A stretch of 64,000 nt of DNA from Candidatus Atabeyarchaeum deiterrae (GTDB lineage: Archaea; Asgardarchaeota; Atabeyarchaeia; Atabeyarchaeales; Atabeyarchaeaceae), in the NCBI GenBank assembly GCA_037310415.1, contig CP147780.1, positions 544,001-608,000 of the forward strand, given 5' to 3'. Positions 61,033 to 64,000 of this stretch are shown here, one piece after another; position 1 is the stretch's first letter, and every line of letters begins with the position of its first letter. The position numbers and the translations under genes are program-made. A model generated the notes under the pieces. It searched no databases, had not been told where the DNA came from, and worked only from the letters and a program-made list of their open reading frames with translations.

Positions 61033-62529
61033 CTAACCCCCTAAGATCCTGAGCAAGTCAGCTTTCGACAAATAGCTGCGCTTAAATGTAATGCACTCTG
61101 TGTCGCCCAGAGTATATTTCGCGATCAGTTCCTTCTTCTCCAATATCTCATCAGTATATTCATCTATTGTATCTTTAGCGATAATCTTGAAGACCTTGCA
61201 TGGCTTGGTCTGCGTTATTCTGTGGATCCTGTCTTGCGATTGAAGATAGTCATCCATTTTGAAGGTTCGGTCCACATAGATTGCGTTGTTTGCGGAAGTT
61301 AGAGTTAAACCTTCTTTTGCGGCAGCTGGGTTCGCAATCAGCAACTTGCATCGCTCTTCGTTCATGAACTTCTTTACGATGTTGAGACGATCCATAATTG
61401 GAATCTCTCCGAAAAGCATCTGCGCCCCAAATTCCTTGAAACGATTCCTGAGTGTTCTAATGTTTCCAATGAAACTTGTCCATAAGATTGCTTTCTCTTT
61501 TCGCTCCACAACATCACGAACAAGTCTGTTCAAAACCTTGAACTTGCCCGGTTCCTCATTATACTGAATGTTTAACAAGCCTGGGTTGCTAGCGATTTGA
61601 GTAAGTCGGAGTAGTTTAACCAGATAATTGTCTATCTCTTCCTCGATCTTCTCTCCGTCGGAGTTAGAGATCTCATAGTAGAGTTCACTTCTAGCCTTGT
61701 CATAGGCTATTCTTTGCTTAGGCGCAAGTTCGGCGGTTACGTTCTCAAAAGTTTTTTCGGGAAGCTCCAATACATCCTTCGTTCTTCTAATAGAGACTGG
61801 TCTCAAGGTCTCCCTTAACGATTTTAGACTCAATTCGAATTGGCTCATGTCTTGGGCTCCCTTCAAGTCGACCTTGAATCGCTTTTGGAAAGCGTCAAAG
61901 TCGTCTCCAAGTAGCACGCCACCATCCAAGAAATAGAATTGAGACCACAGGTCTTCTGGTCTATTTGCAATTGGCGTCCCTGTGATTATGATCCTCTTTG
62001 CAACAAGACTCCTCAAGGAGATTACAGCTCTTGCTGTCTTCGATTTTGGGTTTTTCATTTTTTGGGATTCATCAAGAACCATTGCGAATCTTCGCTGCCT
62101 CAACAATAGTTCAATGAACTCGGTCTCCTGAATCAGGGATTCGTAGTTGGCTATATAGAAGTGTCCATAGGTTGTAAGCATGCGACCCCGTTGCATTCTT
62201 GAGCCGTCCAAAACTACTGGAAGGAGATTCGAGTGTTTCTCTATTTCGTCTTTCCACATATATAATAGAGACTTCTTACAAATAATAAGCGCACCGTCTA
62301 TCGTTTTCTCCTTCATGTTTCGGCACAGAGCATCGATGACGATTTTGCTTTTGCCCAGACCCTGCTCATCAAACAATGGCACGTCATTGTGAGTGCTGAC
62401 ATAGTCTGTAGCCTCGATCTGATGTTCAAGAGGCTCGGTTTTCGAGGAGAAATCAAATGTGACTTTCTTAATCAGTCTCAACCAACTCCTCAGGAAGCAC
62501 AATGTACGAGACATTAGTAAGTTTTTCAA
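61033..62529 (-). CDS. SNF2-family helicase/ATPase (true start probably near 62480)
   Basis: DEQGLGKS, DESQKMKN, TGTPIANRPEDLW, EGLTLT, QSQDRIHRITQ. Confidence 0.92.
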   Translation of the reverse strand: MKNLLMSRTLCFLRSWLRLIKKVTFDFSSKTEPLEHQIEATDYVSTHNDVPLFDEQGLGKSKIVIDALCRNMKEKTIDGALIICKKSLLYMWKDEIEKHSNLLPVVLDGSRMQRGRMLTTYGHFYIANYESLIQETEFIELLLRQRRFAMVLDESQKMKNPKSKTARAVISLRSLVAKRIIITGTPIANRPEDLWSQFYFLDGGVLLGDDFDAFQKRFKVDLKGAQDMSQFELSLKSLRETLRPVSIRRTKDVLELPEKTFENVTAELAPKQRIAYDKARSELYYEISNSDGEKIEEEIDNYLVKLLRLTQIASNPGLLNIQYNEEPGKFKVLNRLVRDVVERKEKAILWTSFIGNIRTLRNRFKEFGAQMLFGEIPIMDRLNIVKKFMNEERCKLLIANPAAAKEGLTLTSANNAIYVDRTFKMDDYLQSQDRIHRITQTKPCKVFKIIAKDTIDEYTDEILEKKELIAKYTLGDTECITFKRSYLSKADLLRILGG

Positions 62530-62887
62530 GACCGAGATCGACCATTAAGCGCAACAAGATGCTTTCTTCGTTTCTGGGCACTCCGATTATTAGTTCAAAT
62601 CTCAGTCCGGATGTAGCCCCAACAATATTCGAATAGTCCAGCAGTTGCTCTCTAGTTCTTTCTGACAACAAGTCATCTCCAGTTTTTGCCTCGCCAATGC
62701 ATAGCACCTTGGTTTCCATGTTTATGCCAATTACATCTGGTCTGTGTCTACCTATCCTCGGGGGAACATGCACCGCTTCACCATGAAATGTGTAATACTG
62801 CCCATCATATGCGACTGGAGCATACCCCTCCTCCCGCATCTTTCTGCCTATTAGGTCAACAAGCATTCGGTGCATCCGCGATGGCAT
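62468..62887 (-). CDS. small PD-(D/E)xK nuclease-fold protein
   Basis: H..LV N-terminus, RPDVIG...IGEAKT. Confidence 0.72.
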   Translation of the reverse strand: MPSRMHRMLVDLIGRKMREEGYAPVAYDGQYYTFHGEAVHVPPRIGRHRPDVIGINMETKVLCIGEAKTGDDLLSERTREQLLDYSNIVGATSGLRFELIIGVPRNEESILLRLMVDLGLEKLTNVSYIVLPEELVETD

Positions 62888-62891
62888 GTCT

Positions 62892-63989
62892 TCAACTCAC
62901 TTCGAACTTCTTAAACATCTCTGCTATACTCGAAATTTGTTTATATAGCTCGAGAATCAGTTCCTTCTTCTTTGGCTCCTCGCCTGCAACAATGCTCCTT
63001 TCCTCTTCTCGTGACATGCTCTTGAGGCCTTCTATACACTTGTTCATGTGTTCGAACAGTCTCGAAGCATAAGCTGGCATAGACAGACTGAGCTCTTCTT
63101 TTGCGGCGGAGAAACCTTCCTCCTTCAGTACTTTGACAATCTCTTTGTTATCAAACATCTTCTTCAGATCTCGAACGTCTTGAGCACGCACGATCTCCCC
63201 GTTCCCAACCCAATCACAGAAGTCTTTGTCTTCAAGCTCGTGTTTCTTCATTCCATCTATGATCTTCTTGCTCTCGTATTCAACGAAATATGAAAACTTC
63301 GTGAATGGATTGTCTCTGCCTGTGTAGCTTGGCAAAAACTGTTCGGTCATGAGTTTGTATGCTTTTATCCATCTTCTGATGTCGACCAACGAAAGTTTCG
63401 TCGTATCCATAAGTCGCCGTTCGCTGTATCCCCTCTTGTCCCATAGTATGTACAGCATTCTGGCTCTCTCGTAGGCTTGCCAGTCATTCTGTGCGCGTAA
63501 ATGTGCTATGAGGCGGATGAAGTTTCTTGCGCGCTCATCGGTGCCCTCTGGAAGGATCCTTGCCTTGATCTTCGTGTATTCCTCTTTCCTTGGGTACTTG
63601 TCTCTTAATTCTCTGTAGATAATCACTCTTGTGTTGCCATCTATGCACAGATATTTCTCACCTTTCTTCATGACCCAGATCATTTCGACGGCGCCACCGC
63701 CAGCCTCGATGCTGCTCTTCAATCTGTTGTATGCGTCCACATTCTGCTGTTTCAAGAAATAGACCAGGGTTTTTTGATTTGTTGTCTGCCCCGCGCTAAG
63801 ATAGTTGTCTCTTGCGTATCCAATTCTGGGATTCTCTTCATCCAATTCGATCTCGTCTATGGGAATATCATCGATTTCGATCTCTTCTGGCACGCCATCG
63901 ATTGGAACTTCCATTTTGTACCGATCCTTTTCCTCCTTTCTCTCACTCGGCGCCAGAAGTACACTTTTGTCATCAATGTCTTCGGACAA
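62892..63989 (-). CDS. ParB/Srx-like domain protein (paralog of 60019-61029)
   Basis: LDEENPRI, CIDGNTRV, WQAYERA, KFSYFVE, RAQDVR. Confidence 0.8.
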   Translation of the reverse strand: MSEDIDDKSVLLAPSERKEEKDRYKMEVPIDGVPEEIEIDDIPIDEIELDEENPRIGYARDNYLSAGQTTNQKTLVYFLKQQNVDAYNRLKSSIEAGGGAVEMIWVMKKGEKYLCIDGNTRVIIYRELRDKYPRKEEYTKIKARILPEGTDERARNFIRLIAHLRAQNDWQAYERARMLYILWDKRGYSERRLMDTTKLSLVDIRRWIKAYKLMTEQFLPSYTGRDNPFTKFSYFVEYESKKIIDGMKKHELEDKDFCDWVGNGEIVRAQDVRDLKKMFDNKEIVKVLKEEGFSAAKEELSLSMPAYASRLFEHMNKCIEGLKSMSREEERSIVAGEEPKKKELILELYKQISSIAEMFKKFEVS

Positions 63990-64000
63990 CTTGTCACACC

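Overview
Archaeal chromosomal window of TACK/Asgard type (split RpoA'/A'', unsplit RpoB, EF-2 absent from the S7-EF1A-S10 cluster, MglA-like GTPase; the lineage is an inference). It has four blocks. (1) 1-17.6 kb is a core cluster: atpD, NAC, PAN, MBF1, Trm56, TFE and rpoH-B-A'-A''-L30e-nusA-S7-EF1A-S10, with uS12 missing from its usual place. (2) 18-25 kb is an accessory island punctuated by four copies of a ~60-bp repeat, plus a free-standing LAGLIDADG gene. (3) 25-35 kb is a second core block: PINA ATPase, HisRS, GcvH, Nop10, aIF2alpha, L44e, S27e, DRG, Dcd, uL16. (4) 35-64 kb is a long accessory region. All five tRNA genes carry bulge-helix-bulge (BHB) introns, nine in total, including a tRNA-Lys(UUU) split by four introns. 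The 42-51 kb stretch is partitioned by four same-orientation decaying copies of the 3' end of ATP synthase subunit B, two of them joined to a shared promoter/leader. The window ends with a membrane HerA-like ATPase/LAGLIDADG module and a ParB-nuclease-SNF2-ParB-radical SAM operon that looks like an undescribed DNA modification/defence system. No integrase, transposase, rRNA or CRISPR array was seen.
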